From positions 1-64,000 of the forward strand of contig CDROCS010001089.1 in assembly GCA_977020255.1 (NCBI GenBank): DNA of 64,000 bases. The letters run 5' to 3'. The DNA is from Obrimoposthia wandeli. Lineage: Eukaryota. This document shows, one piece after another, positions 39,967-50,580 of the stretch (its first letter is position 1; each line of letters starts with the position of its first letter). The notes below the pieces were generated by a model. The model searched no databases. It saw only the letters and a program-made list of their open reading frames with translations, and was not told the DNA's origin. The translations under genes were made by a program, and so were the position numbers.

Positions 39967-42588
39967 TTAATCTAGACTTGTGAGTAAAAGCCGTATCTCT
40001 TCTGCAGACTTTGGTTTACTAAAGTAATAACCTTGAAAATAATCACATTGATGCAGCGTCAGTGCTATTTGTTGTTGCTCTGTTTCAACACCTTCTGCAA
40101 CCACCTTTATTTTCAAACTTTTTGCCATATTAATGATGGCTTCAACCAGTAATTGATCATTTTCGTTGTTGGTCATTTCATTGATAAACGAACGGTCAAT
40201 TTTAAGTACGTTTACCGGAAAACGTTTTAAATAACCAAGCGAAGAATAACCAGTACCAAAGTCATCCAGTGATATAGAAATTCCCTGTTCTCTCAAGTCT
40301 TGCAAGGTTGAGAAAATATGACTATCGCTATCTTCAATAAACAGGCTCTCAGTGATTTCAAGGTTAAGATGTTGAGGTATAACGCCTGTTTCTTGAATGA
40401 TATTTCTGAGTATATTTGCAAATTCCCGATCTTTAAATTGCAGTGTCGATACATTAATACTCATTTTCATATCGGCTTTAATGAATTCATTCCAATCAGC
40501 TAATTGCCGGCAAGCTGTTCGTAAGATCCACTCACCTATTGGTATTATAAGCCCCGACTCTTCTGCTATTGGTATAAACTTATCCGGCGCTATTCGCCCT
40601 TGTGAAGCATGATTCCAGCGCACCAATGCCTCAACGCCATAGATAGTATTATTTTCGCTTTCGATAATCGGTTGATATTCCAGATACAATTCTTGATTAG
40701 CGATAGCACTTCTAAGCTGCTTTTCCAACGCCAGTGATTCATGCACTGCAACATTCATTTTATCTTCAAAGAAACAGTAAGTGTTTTTCCCTTGCTGTTT
40801 AGCTTTATACATTGACATGTCAGCGCAGCGGATAAGTGTCGATATATCTGAGCCATCTTCAGGATAAACAGCAATACCTACACTACCTGAGATGTGCAGT
40901 ATTTCTGTCAAAGTATTAACGGGTACTGAAAGGCATAGCATAATTTTATCAACCACTTTTTGTAATTGATAGCTTTGCTCAATACCTTCTAACAGCACAA
41001 TGAACTCGTCTCCACCGAACCGTGAACATGTGTCTGTTTCGCGAATAGAGTTACGCAAGCGCGACGCCAGTTCAATTAATAGCTCATCCCCGACAGTATG
41101 ACCAAAGGTATCGTTTATCTTTTTGAAGTTATCAAGATCTATAAACAAAGCCGCAAATTTTGCGTTATTCCTGCGCGTGCGCGCAAGCGTTCGCTCCGCT
41201 CGCTCATTAAATAAATTACGGTTTGGCAGCTGAGTAAGCGGATCATAATTTGCTTGGAAATAAATGGTTTGTTCATTTTTCTTGCGCTCACTAATGTCAG
41301 TAATAATAATGATGTAGCGATAAACTTGGTCATTATTCTTCAGGCTGATAATCGACACTTCTTTCGGTGTCTTTTGATAATCAGCATTGATGGTAGTAAC
41401 TTCTCCATGCCATTTACCTGTGGTATCAATGCTATGAATTATTTCATGATAAATGTCTTCAGGCAGCTTTCTTTTATTAAAAATAGTAGGAGTCTGACCT
41501 ATAAAATTTTCAGATATGAGACCTGTGATACTGGTAAATGCTGGATTAATTGCGATGGCTTTTTTATCTTTATCACAAATAACTACCCCTTCGTTACAAT
41601 GTTCAAAGAAGATAGCTGCATTTTGTAATTGATCTTCAGCTTCAATTCGCTGTTGGATTTCATGCTTGAGTTCCAAGTTGGTTTGTTGGAGCCACTCTTT
41701 ACTTTCTGACACAGACTCCTCAAGTTGAATTTTCTCTTTTACTAGCTTTCCACTACTTGTTGTTAGCTGATAGATCGAGCGTAAAACAACCAGGGTGAGT
41801 AACAAAGAACACAGTAACAGTAAATTGAAATAACGGCCTTTCTTTTGCAGCGAGTGGCTCTGCCTATCCATATAGTACCGATAGCTGTTATCAAGTAATT
41901 GAAGATGAGTTGAGGCAAAAATCTGTGTCAGATTTAGATTAGTATTCACCTTTCCTTTAAGCAGAATCGCCAAGTGTTTAGCTAAAACATTAAAAGTGTT
42001 ACTTACAGAAGGATCTGTATCCGCCATACTTTGTTGTAATATCTGTATCTGCGCATTGATATTTTGTGTGTTTTGAAGATTATCATTAATAAGAAATTTC
42101 AGGATTTCGGAGTTTAACAAATTGAGATTTCCTCTAACCTCACCATCATAATGCTTAGGTAATTTTCTAATTAGCTCGCGATTAAGGTAGGTTGAATACA
42201 TTAGGGAGTTTTTGGTAAAAGCGAGGTTACTTTTATAACGATCTATTAGGAAAATGACTTTCTCATAACTATGTTCATATTTCACCAACAAGGCAGTGAA
42301 TTCATTATTGTCATTTGCAAGTGAGACTGAGGTCGCTGTTTTTAAACTAGCGAGTATTGAACGCTGCCTAGTTATTAGCCCAGTAATGCTGTCAAAATTT
42401 TTAATTCCATTCGTTTGCAGTTTCAGTAAATCTTTTTCAATACTGGCGTGAATAAAATTAAGCGAGCTAAAGCTAGCTTGCGTTGTATCTATATAAGCTT
42501 GAGCTTCATTTTTTTTATGTTCGGTAAAAAACAGCAAAGAAATAGTAATAACAAGCAACCCGATGCTTATAACTAGGGATGACCTCAC
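39967..42588 (-). CDS. Membrane PAS-GGDEF-EAL protein with helical periplasmic (DAHL-like) sensor domain
   Basis: Two TM segments flanking ~230 aa; PAS; RETD I-site plus GGDEF; EALVRW, DDFGTGYSSL, KIDRSF, AEGVE. Confidence 0.92.
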   Translation of the reverse strand: MRSSLVISIGLLVITISLLFFTEHKKNEAQAYIDTTQASFSSLNFIHASIEKDLLKLQTNGIKNFDSITGLITRQRSILASLKTATSVSLANDNNEFTALLVKYEHSYEKVIFLIDRYKSNLAFTKNSLMYSTYLNRELIRKLPKHYDGEVRGNLNLLNSEILKFLINDNLQNTQNINAQIQILQQSMADTDPSVSNTFNVLAKHLAILLKGKVNTNLNLTQIFASTHLQLLDNSYRYYMDRQSHSLQKKGRYFNLLLLCSLLLTLVVLRSIYQLTTSSGKLVKEKIQLEESVSESKEWLQQTNLELKHEIQQRIEAEDQLQNAAIFFEHCNEGVVICDKDKKAIAINPAFTSITGLISENFIGQTPTIFNKRKLPEDIYHEIIHSIDTTGKWHGEVTTINADYQKTPKEVSIISLKNNDQVYRYIIIITDISERKKNEQTIYFQANYDPLTQLPNRNLFNERAERTLARTRRNNAKFAALFIDLDNFKKINDTFGHTVGDELLIELASRLRNSIRETDTCSRFGGDEFIVLLEGIEQSYQLQKVVDKIMLCLSVPVNTLTEILHISGSVGIAVYPEDGSDISTLIRCADMSMYKAKQQGKNTYCFFEDKMNVAVHESLALEKQLRSAIANQELYLEYQPIIESENNTIYGVEALVRWNHASQGRIAPDKFIPIAEESGLIIPIGEWILRTACRQLADWNEFIKADMKMSINVSTLQFKDREFANILRNIIQETGVIPQHLNLEITESLFIEDSDSHIFSTLQDLREQGISISLDDFGTGYSSLGYLKRFPVNVLKIDRSFINEMTNNENDQLLVEAIINMAKSLKIKVVAEGVETEQQQIALTLHQCDYFQGYYFSKPKSAEEIRLLLTSLD

Positions 42589-43586
42589 AACGCCTTCCCC
42601 TGATAAGTACCGCTAAGTGTTTTCAAAAAAGCACTAATTTTATCGATTTCATCTGCCGATATTTCTCGCCCTAACTGATAATCCCCCATGAGTTTGATGG
42701 CATCTTCTAGCGTTTTAACGGTACCATCGTGAAAATAGGGAGCTGTTTTAGCAACATTACGTAACGAGGGAACTTTGAATACATGCTTATCATTTTCATC
42801 TCCCGTTATTTCAAAACGACCTAAATCAATTTCAGCAGTGGATTTATAATCTTTAAACAGCCCTATTTTCTGGAATAAATTGCCACCAATATTTACCCCT
42901 TGATGACAGGATATACAGCCAAGTGAAAAAAATAATTGATGACCTTCTTTTTCCTGCACTGTTAGCGCGTTGGTGTCACCTCTTAAATGCTGATCAAAAC
43001 GAGAGTTAGGCGTGATCAGCGATCTTTCAAAGGTGGCAATTGCATCCTTTACAGATGTTTGATTAATAGCATTTTTGTAAATCAGAGCAAAGGCTTTAAC
43101 ATATTCCGGGTCTTGTTTAAGCTTATCTAAAACGCTTTTCCAATCGCTACCCATGACTAGTGGACTCAATATAACAGCGTTAATTTGCTGCTCTAGTGTG
43201 TTAAATTTTCCACTCCAAAGCTGTGTGAAATTAAAAGCGCTGTTATAGATAGTAGGTGAATTTCGTGTACTTTGCTGATTATGAATACCTACAACTTGTG
43301 GGGCTCTGATGGTGCCTGCTGTCGCTAAGTCATGACAACTTGCGCAAGAAATACTGTTATCTCCAGACAAACGAGTGTCGTGGAACAACAGCTTTCCTAA
43401 TAGCACTTTATCTGGATTTAGATCGATACTAAGTGGGATAGGCGTAATAGCCTCTGAGGCACCAAACTCGTATTTATTATCAGGCGCCTCTCGCTCGCTA
43501 GTATGTTGAGGTTCTTCACTAAAACTCAAGATAAATAGAGTAGCGATAGATATTATTAACCCTAAAATAATTTTTGAATTTTTCAA
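42585..43586 (-). CDS. Diheme cytochrome c peroxidase-family protein
   Basis: CASCH and CISCH heme motifs, LFHDTRLSGD, RNSPT, FKVPSLRNV..TAPYFHDG; overlaps the next gene (GTGA). Confidence 0.9.
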   Translation of the reverse strand: MKNSKIILGLIISIATLFILSFSEEPQHTSEREAPDNKYEFGASEAITPIPLSIDLNPDKVLLGKLLFHDTRLSGDNSISCASCHDLATAGTIRAPQVVGIHNQQSTRNSPTIYNSAFNFTQLWSGKFNTLEQQINAVILSPLVMGSDWKSVLDKLKQDPEYVKAFALIYKNAINQTSVKDAIATFERSLITPNSRFDQHLRGDTNALTVQEKEGHQLFFSLGCISCHQGVNIGGNLFQKIGLFKDYKSTAEIDLGRFEITGDENDKHVFKVPSLRNVAKTAPYFHDGTVKTLEDAIKLMGDYQLGREISADEIDKISAFLKTLSGTYQGKAL

Positions 43587-43824
43587 AATAAACAGTAACC
43601 ATTTTATAATTAAAGTAATTTTTGAATTAATAGAATATCGTAAAAAAATCAGCGGGTCTATGTTTAGCCCTGATGATTCAAGATCAGCATGACTATCAAT
43701 AATTGGCTTTTTGTCAAAATTGAATCTAGTATTTGTTTATACGCGGCTGATCCCTCGTAAATTTAAAATGTATAAAGGGCAAAGCTAGCCTGCCCAAAGT
43801 TTACTTAACTGGTTATTTCCACCC

Positions 43825-45723
43825 TCATTCTAACTGCGCTTGCCACATTTGATAGTATCGGCCTTTACGCTGCAACAAACCCGAATGAGTACCTTGCTCT
43901 AAAATTTCACCTTGCTCAAGCACTACAATTTGATCCGCATCCACCACCGTTGATAATCGATGTGCAATGATAATTACCGTGCGATCACGTCCCATCTGCT
44001 GCAAGCTAAGCTGGATATCACGTTCAGTTTGGGTATCAAGCGCAGAAGTTGCTTCATCGAGCAATAAGATAGGGGCGTTTTTTAAAATGGTGCGCGCGAT
44101 GCCAACGCGTTGCTTTTCACCACCTGATAACTTTAAACCTCGCTCACCTACTTTAGTGTCATAGCCATCTGGTAATTGCATAATAAAATCATGCACCTTC
44201 GCAGCTTTTGCCGCCTCTTCAACTTCTGCTACATTCGCTTTCGGATTACCATAATGAATGTTGTAATAAATACTATCGTTGAATAACACGGTATCTTGTG
44301 GCACCACACCAATTTGCTGTTGTAAACTTTGCTGAGTTACATCTCGTACATCTTGCCCATCAATTAGTAGTGCACCTTGATTGATATCGTAAAAGCGGAA
44401 TAACAAACGCCCAATTGTCGATTTCCCTGAGCCAGAAGACCCTACAATAGCCACGCTTTGCCCGCCTTTGATGTGTAAGTTCACGCTTTTTAGAATTGGC
44501 CTGACGGCCTCATAGGCAAAGCTGACGTTACGCAGCTCTATTTGTGCGTTCCCAATTTTAATTTGCTGCGCATCTTTTTTATCTGTAACTTCTGCGGGCT
44601 GCTCCAATAAACCAAACATTTCTGCCATATCAATTAATGATTGCCTGATTTCTCGATAGACAAACCCCAGTAACCCCAAAGGCTGCATAACCTGCATCAT
44701 GTAGGCATTCACCATCACAAAACCACCAACAGTCAATATACCACTAGCAACATCTTTCGCCGCTAAAATGAGCGCACAAACCAAACCCAAATTTATAATA
44801 AATGCTTGACCTAAATTGAGTAATGCTAGTGATCTGATCGTTTTAATCGCTGCTTTTTCATAACCTTGCATTGATTCATCGTAACGGTTTGTTTCTCTTG
44901 CTTGAGCATTAAAATATCTAACGGTTTCAAAGTTTAGCAAACTATCGATGGCTTTTTGATTGGCATCGCGATCTTTATCATTCATCTCTTTGCGGATTTT
45001 CAAGCGCCACTGCGTCACTGCTGTGGTAAACCACACGTAACAAACCACTGTCACGCTAATAACTAACAAATACCAAGCGTCAAACAGGGTTACTAAGACG
45101 AAAGAGATCATCAGTAATTCAAGGATCAGTGGGCCTATATTAAACAGCATAAAGCGCAACAGAAACTCAACGCCTTTTACGCCTCTTTCTATTATCCGGC
45201 TTAAGCCCCCTGTTTTACGTGAGATGTGATAACGCATTGATAACTGATGGATATGAGTCATCGTTTCAAGAGACAGTGTGCGTAGTGCACCTTGCCCAAC
45301 ACTGGCAAAAATCACATCGCGCAACTGCTGAAAAAGTACATTCATCAATCTTGATAAGCCATAGGCAACTGTCAATCCTACTGTCCCTAAAAGTAGCACC
45401 CAAATGGCACCTTGCTCAGCTCCTGTTGAAGCGACGACAGAATTTGCTAATGGATTTGAAACAGCTAGTGCATCTACTGCTGATTTGTAAAAAAAAGGTG
45501 TGGCGACCGCTATCACCTTAGCCAACAACAATACGCTCATCGATAGTATTACACGCACCTTAGTTGAGCGATTATCTTTAGGCCAAAAGTAAGGTAATAC
45601 CCTTTGGATTATTTGCCAAGCAGAAGCCTCTTTATTTGTGACACTTTCACTGTAAGCACTCATGTTTTCACTTGCGAAATGTTCATCTGTTTTAACAGCA
45701 ATCTTTTCTTTAGCGGTTGTCAT
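43825..45723 (-). CDS. ABCB-type (Atm1/HMT1-like) exporter, fused permease-ATPase
   Basis: YHISRKTGGLSRIIERG, AIDSLLNFETV, GSSGSGKST, GERGLKLSGGEKQR, LLDEATSALD. Confidence 0.92.
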   Translation of the reverse strand: MTTAKEKIAVKTDEHFASENMSAYSESVTNKEASAWQIIQRVLPYFWPKDNRSTKVRVILSMSVLLLAKVIAVATPFFYKSAVDALAVSNPLANSVVASTGAEQGAIWVLLLGTVGLTVAYGLSRLMNVLFQQLRDVIFASVGQGALRTLSLETMTHIHQLSMRYHISRKTGGLSRIIERGVKGVEFLLRFMLFNIGPLILELLMISFVLVTLFDAWYLLVISVTVVCYVWFTTAVTQWRLKIRKEMNDKDRDANQKAIDSLLNFETVRYFNAQARETNRYDESMQGYEKAAIKTIRSLALLNLGQAFIINLGLVCALILAAKDVASGILTVGGFVMVNAYMMQVMQPLGLLGFVYREIRQSLIDMAEMFGLLEQPAEVTDKKDAQQIKIGNAQIELRNVSFAYEAVRPILKSVNLHIKGGQSVAIVGSSGSGKSTIGRLLFRFYDINQGALLIDGQDVRDVTQQSLQQQIGVVPQDTVLFNDSIYYNIHYGNPKANVAEVEEAAKAAKVHDFIMQLPDGYDTKVGERGLKLSGGEKQRVGIARTILKNAPILLLDEATSALDTQTERDIQLSLQQMGRDRTVIIIAHRLSTVVDADQIVVLEQGEILEQGTHSGLLQRKGRYYQMWQAQLE

Positions 45724-46120
45724 TAATTAATCACTACTTGTATATATGAGATAATTTCAGCGCAGGGTAAACTATAATAAATCCTGAACCCAATTGTTGA
45801 CTATAATTTTTGTACCTGTGGAAGAGAAGTCAATACCCACCTTTTAAATGAGAACACCCTGTTGCACCGTCACTAAGCTCTCTTGGTGCATGATCAAATA
45901 TGCATTGTCGATCTGCTTTGCATACTGAATCAAAACTAGCTCAATTTGACCTATGATGTTAACTGTTGGCGTCAAGTTTATTAAGCTTGTGGTAAATTTT
46001 AATATTTAAGTGCACTATATAATTGCAAGTTAGTTGCATTGGAACATAGAAAATAATAAGCAAGCTGACCACAATTAGTAAAGTTTACTTATTAGCGAAT
46101 AGTTTTTAGAGGGATCGACT

Positions 46121-46651
46121 ATGAATACAAATTTTGTTTTATCTTTTTCAGCCCATGACAAACCTGGTATTGTGGAATTAGTCTCTAATACCGTCTCAAG
46201 CAATGGTGGTAATTGGCTAGAATCTGCAATGTCGCACTTAGCAGGGCGCTTTGTAGGTATTGTAGTTATCGATGTTAAATCTGCAGACAGCCAGCAGTTA
46301 TCTGCAGCAGTTAATCTGCTAAGTGAACAAGGTTTAACTATTTCCTTTGAACCGATGAACGAGCAAACGTCAGATGCTACAGATGAAACCTTGTATCAAT
46401 CTTTAGACATTGAGCTAACAGGCCACGATAGAGCGGGCATAGTCGCTGAAATATCTGCAGTGTTAGCAAAACATCATGCCAATGTGGAAGATTTAAGTAC
46501 TGAACTTGTTTCTGGTTCAATGTCTGCTGAATTGCTATTCAAAGCAGATATCCACGTAAGTGTTAAACAAGGTTCTGATCTTGATGATTTACAAGAAGCA
46601 ATTGAAGCTATTGCCGATGATCTGATGGTCGACATTCATTTAGATCGTTAG
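46121..46651 (+). CDS. gcvR: GcvR-like tandem ACT domain protein
   Basis: AHDKPGIVE..NGGNWLES.MSHLAGRF; GHDRAGIV. Confidence 0.7.
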   Translation: MNTNFVLSFSAHDKPGIVELVSNTVSSNGGNWLESAMSHLAGRFVGIVVIDVKSADSQQLSAAVNLLSEQGLTISFEPMNEQTSDATDETLYQSLDIELTGHDRAGIVAEISAVLAKHHANVEDLSTELVSGSMSAELLFKADIHVSVKQGSDLDDLQEAIEAIADDLMVDIHLDR

Positions 46652-46804
46652 CATTTATGATCTTCTAAGTTTAAAGTATGTTGAGATCAGCAGTTTTGAT
46701 TTCAAATAACATCAACAAGAATCTAAATAAAATTAACATTGGGCAATTTACACTGCTAAATTGCTCAAGCTATAACTCCTTATATAAATAACGCTGATCG
46801 CTAA

Positions 46805-47050
46805 TTATTTACCGCCTTTGTTCCAAGGGTTTTCTAAAAACTCTAAATACAATGCTTCAACTTTATCTCTAGCCCAGGGCGTGCGGCGCAAAAATTTCAA
46901 ACTAGATTTAATACTAGGCTCACTGTTAAAACAGTTAATATTAATACGCGCACCTAGCCCCTCCCAACCATAGGCTTCTTCCAACTCTTGCAATATATCC
47001 GCAAGCTTTTTACCATGTAAAGGATTGTTTATTTGTTTGCTTTCGGTCAT
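46805..47050 (-). CDS. VF530 (DUF2132) family protein
   Basis: [39 protein letters not shown]. Confidence 0.9.
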   Translation of the reverse strand: MTESKQINNPLHGKKLADILQELEEAYGWEGLGARININCFNSEPSIKSSLKFLRRTPWARDKVEALYLEFLENPWNKGGK

Positions 47051-47172
47051 GTTTATCCAACTACTTTGAATAATAGTACAGTTATTTAGCTTTCACAGAC
47101 TTAACTTTTACTGTACCTAAAATTTAGCAGCAAAACACGAGTTATTATGCTGCTAAACATTTGCTTTAATTA

Positions 47173-48564
47173 TTAACGCTTTGCCAACATTTTTTCACCG
47201 CGAGCAACAGCCGCTCTAACTTGATTAGGAGCCGTTCCGCCAATGTGATCTCTAGCGGCAACTGAACCTTCTAAGGTTAGCACATCAAATACATCTGCTT
47301 TAATATCCGCCGAGAATACTTGTAGCTCTTCTAAGCTCATTTCTGCTAAATCTTTATGCTGCTCAAGACCATAAGCGACTGATTTACCAACCACTTCATG
47401 TGCATCACGAAAAGGCATGCCGCTGCGCGTTAAATAATCGGCTAAATCTGTTGCTGTGGAAAAACCACGTAAAGCGGCTTCACGCATTTTGTCTTTTTTA
47501 GATTCCAATGCTGGTACCATATCTGCATATGCGCGCAAGCAACCTTTGATGGTATCAATCGTATCGAACAACGGCTCTTTATCTTCTTGGTTATCTTTGT
47601 TGTAAGCCAATGGCTGTGATTTCATCAGTGTTAATAAAGACATTAAATGCCCATATACACGGCCACTTTTGCCACGCACTAATTCAGGAACATCAGGGTT
47701 TTTCTTTTGCGGCATAATAGATGATCCAGTACAGAATCGATCTGGCAAATTGACAAAATCAAATTGTGAAGATGCCCACAACACTAACTCTTCTGACATA
47801 CGCGTTAAGTGCATCGCTAGAATGCTTGATGTTGCACAAAACTCAATGGCGAAATCACGATCAGATACTGCATCTAAAGAGTTTTCTGCAGGACGATCAA
47901 AACCTAAAAGATCACTAGTGATATGGCGATCAATTGGGTAAGTCGTTCCCGCTAGAGCCGCGGCACCTAAAGGTGATATATTTACTCTTTTACGCGTATC
48001 AACATAGCGATCATAATCACGACTTAGCATTTCAAACCAAGCTAATAGATGATGGCCAAAAGTTACAGGTTGCGCCGTTTGCAGATGAGTAAAGCCTGGC
48101 ATAATAGTATCCGCTTCACTTTGAGCTAAACCTAATAAACCCTGCTGTAGGCGCGTTATTTCAAGTAAGATGTTATCTATTTCATCGCGCACATAAAGGC
48201 GGATATCGGTTGCTACTTGATCGTTACGTGAACGCCCTGTGTGTAACTTTTTGCCTGTTAAGCCAATTTTTTTGGTTAGCGCGGCTTCGATATTCATATG
48301 AATATCTTCCAGCTCAATTGACCATGGAAAATCGCCACTCTCAATTTCTGTTTGAATCTGCGCTAAACCTGTTTCGATATCAGTACACTCAGCTTGGGTT
48401 AACACTCCCGCTTGAGTGAGCATTTTTGCGTGTGCTACAGATCCTTGAATATCTTGGCGATACATACGCTGATCAAAGTTAATAGAAGCGGTAAAACGAG
48501 CCACAAACGCATCTGTTGGTTCACTAAAACGGCCGCCCCACTGCTGGTTAGTCTCTGTACTCAT
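47173..48564 (-). CDS. argH: Argininosuccinate lyase
   Basis: [53 protein letters not shown]. Confidence 0.98.
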   Translation of the reverse strand: MSTETNQQWGGRFSEPTDAFVARFTASINFDQRMYRQDIQGSVAHAKMLTQAGVLTQAECTDIETGLAQIQTEIESGDFPWSIELEDIHMNIEAALTKKIGLTGKKLHTGRSRNDQVATDIRLYVRDEIDNILLEITRLQQGLLGLAQSEADTIMPGFTHLQTAQPVTFGHHLLAWFEMLSRDYDRYVDTRKRVNISPLGAAALAGTTYPIDRHITSDLLGFDRPAENSLDAVSDRDFAIEFCATSSILAMHLTRMSEELVLWASSQFDFVNLPDRFCTGSSIMPQKKNPDVPELVRGKSGRVYGHLMSLLTLMKSQPLAYNKDNQEDKEPLFDTIDTIKGCLRAYADMVPALESKKDKMREAALRGFSTATDLADYLTRSGMPFRDAHEVVGKSVAYGLEQHKDLAEMSLEELQVFSADIKADVFDVLTLEGSVAARDHIGGTAPNQVRAAVARGEKMLAKR

Positions 48565-48801
48565 TATATGTTTTCCTTATAAAATAGATGTATCGCAAAA
48601 TTTGCCGAGATTATAGCAGTTTTGATCCGCAAATATGCGTTTGACGTGCTACAATTTTGCCAATTTTAATCGCAACTTAACCTTTATTGAGAAAACACCT
48701 TAAGCTATTTTTTCAATAAATCGTGACTATGTTTGCAGTGAGCGACTCTATTTAATAAAAGCGCTTTAAAATGCAGCCACTACTATCTTTGGAATTCATC
48801 T

Positions 48802-49740
48802 ATGCCGCAACAAATTGTTCGTATCGCCACCCGTGAAAGTAAACTAGCACTTTGGCAAGCAGAGTATGTTAAAGCCGAGCTTGAGCATCATCACCCTGGT
48901 ATTATTGTTGAGCTATTAGGCATGACCACCAAAGGCGATATTTGGCTAGATTCACCGCTGTCCAAAATTGGTGGTAAAGGACTATTTGTTAAAGAGCTTG
49001 AAGTGGCCATGCTAGAAAACCGTGCCGACATTGCCGTCCATTCTATGAAAGATGTGCCGATGGAGTTTCCAGAAGGGCTTGGGTTATCAGTTATTTGTCC
49101 ACGTGAAGACCCAACTGATGCATTCGTTTCGAATAATTACAAAAGCCTCGCAAATTTACCTCAAGGTGCGGTCGTAGGAACCTCCTCACTACGCAGGCAA
49201 GCATTGATTAGCGAGCACCGCCCAGATCTTATCATTAAAGACCTACGTGGCAACGTGCAAACTCGATTGCGCAAATTAGATGAAGGCATGTACGATGCAA
49301 TTATTCTCGCTAGCGCCGGTTTAATGCGCTTGGAACTAGAAGAGCGCATTCGCTTTAGATTACCGATTGACATGTGCCTTCCCGCTGGAGGCCAAGGCGC
49401 GGTAGGTATTGAATGTCGCCTTGATGATCAGGCAACTCTTGAATTACTAAAACCATTACATCATACCTCTAGCGCCTATTGCGTGTTAGCTGAGCGTGCT
49501 ATGAACAAGCGTTTAGAAGGTGGCTGCCAAGTCCCTATTGCCTGTCATGCTATCCTTAACGATGATCACACTCAATTATACTTACGTGGTTTGGTTGCCA
49601 AACCTGATGGCACCACTGTATTACGCGATGAAATATCAGGTAGTGTAAAAGATGCCGAGAAAATGGGCATTGAACTAGCCGAGCGTTTACTGGCAGCTGG
49701 CGCAGCTGAAATCTTAGCCGCTGTTTATGCACAAAGCTAA
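48802..49740 (+). CDS. hemC: Hydroxymethylbilane synthase
   Basis: [51 protein letters not shown]. Confidence 0.98.
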   Translation: MPQQIVRIATRESKLALWQAEYVKAELEHHHPGIIVELLGMTTKGDIWLDSPLSKIGGKGLFVKELEVAMLENRADIAVHSMKDVPMEFPEGLGLSVICPREDPTDAFVSNNYKSLANLPQGAVVGTSSLRRQALISEHRPDLIIKDLRGNVQTRLRKLDEGMYDAIILASAGLMRLELEERIRFRLPIDMCLPAGGQGAVGIECRLDDQATLELLKPLHHTSSAYCVLAERAMNKRLEGGCQVPIACHAILNDDHTQLYLRGLVAKPDGTTVLRDEISGSVKDAEKMGIELAERLLAAGAAEILAAVYAQS

Positions 49741-49743
49741 GCT

Positions 49744-50580
49744 ATGATGAATGAAAAACCGCTGTGTAAGCATAGCATCCTAATTACTAGGCCTGAACAT
49801 AAACAGGCTAGTTTAACAAAAGCATTGCAGCAACAAGGCGCTCAAGTAAAAAGCCTTGCTACTTTGGCTATTGCACCTGTGCTTCATGAACATGTTGATT
49901 ACGGACGACTAAAGCAGCATATATTAGATCTAGATATATTTGATATCATCATCTGTGTCAGTGCAAATGCAGCACGTTTCGCCGGTGAATTAATCGATCA
50001 ATACTGGCCACAACTACCGGTGCGAATAAAGTGGTATGCCATTGGCGATGCCACGGCTGTCGCCCTAGCTAAGTTTGATATTCAAGCGGAAGTTGCCAGG
50101 GATCAACAAGGCAAAGGGCATGATTCAGAAGCTTTATTAGCCCACCCTGAGCTACAAGACGTGACAGCTAAAAAAGTACTTATTCTTAAGGGAACCAGTG
50201 GCCGCGAGTTATTGTCACAAACTTTACGCCAGCGTAAGGCGCTTATTAGTGAAGCCAACCTTTATAATAGATTAATACCTGTTTATACTGACCAACAGAT
50301 AGAAAGTACCTTATATAATTCAAGTTTATCCGCTATTCTCATCACTAGTGGAGAAGCTTTGTGCAACTTAATGACAATCGCCCAAGGTAGCTCAAGACAA
50401 TTTGATTACAAATCGTTATTAAACATCTTATTGATTGTCCCTAGTACTCGTGTAGCAAAATTAGCATCTACACAGGGATACCATCGTATCAAAGTAGCAG
50501 CAGCGGCAGACGATAACGCCATGCTAGCAGCGCTACTTTCAGTCATAGGCCTGGAAGCTGACAATGAAAAAAAGAACTAA
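49744..50580 (+). CDS. hemD: Uroporphyrinogen-III synthase
   Basis: LITRP, VSANA, AIGDATA, SEALL, G..GRELL, ITSGE; follows hemC. Confidence 0.9.
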   Translation: MMNEKPLCKHSILITRPEHKQASLTKALQQQGAQVKSLATLAIAPVLHEHVDYGRLKQHILDLDIFDIIICVSANAARFAGELIDQYWPQLPVRIKWYAIGDATAVALAKFDIQAEVARDQQGKGHDSEALLAHPELQDVTAKKVLILKGTSGRELLSQTLRQRKALISEANLYNRLIPVYTDQQIESTLYNSSLSAILITSGEALCNLMTIAQGSSRQFDYKSLLNILLIVPSTRVAKLASTQGYHRIKVAAAADDNAMLAALLSVIGLEADNEKKN

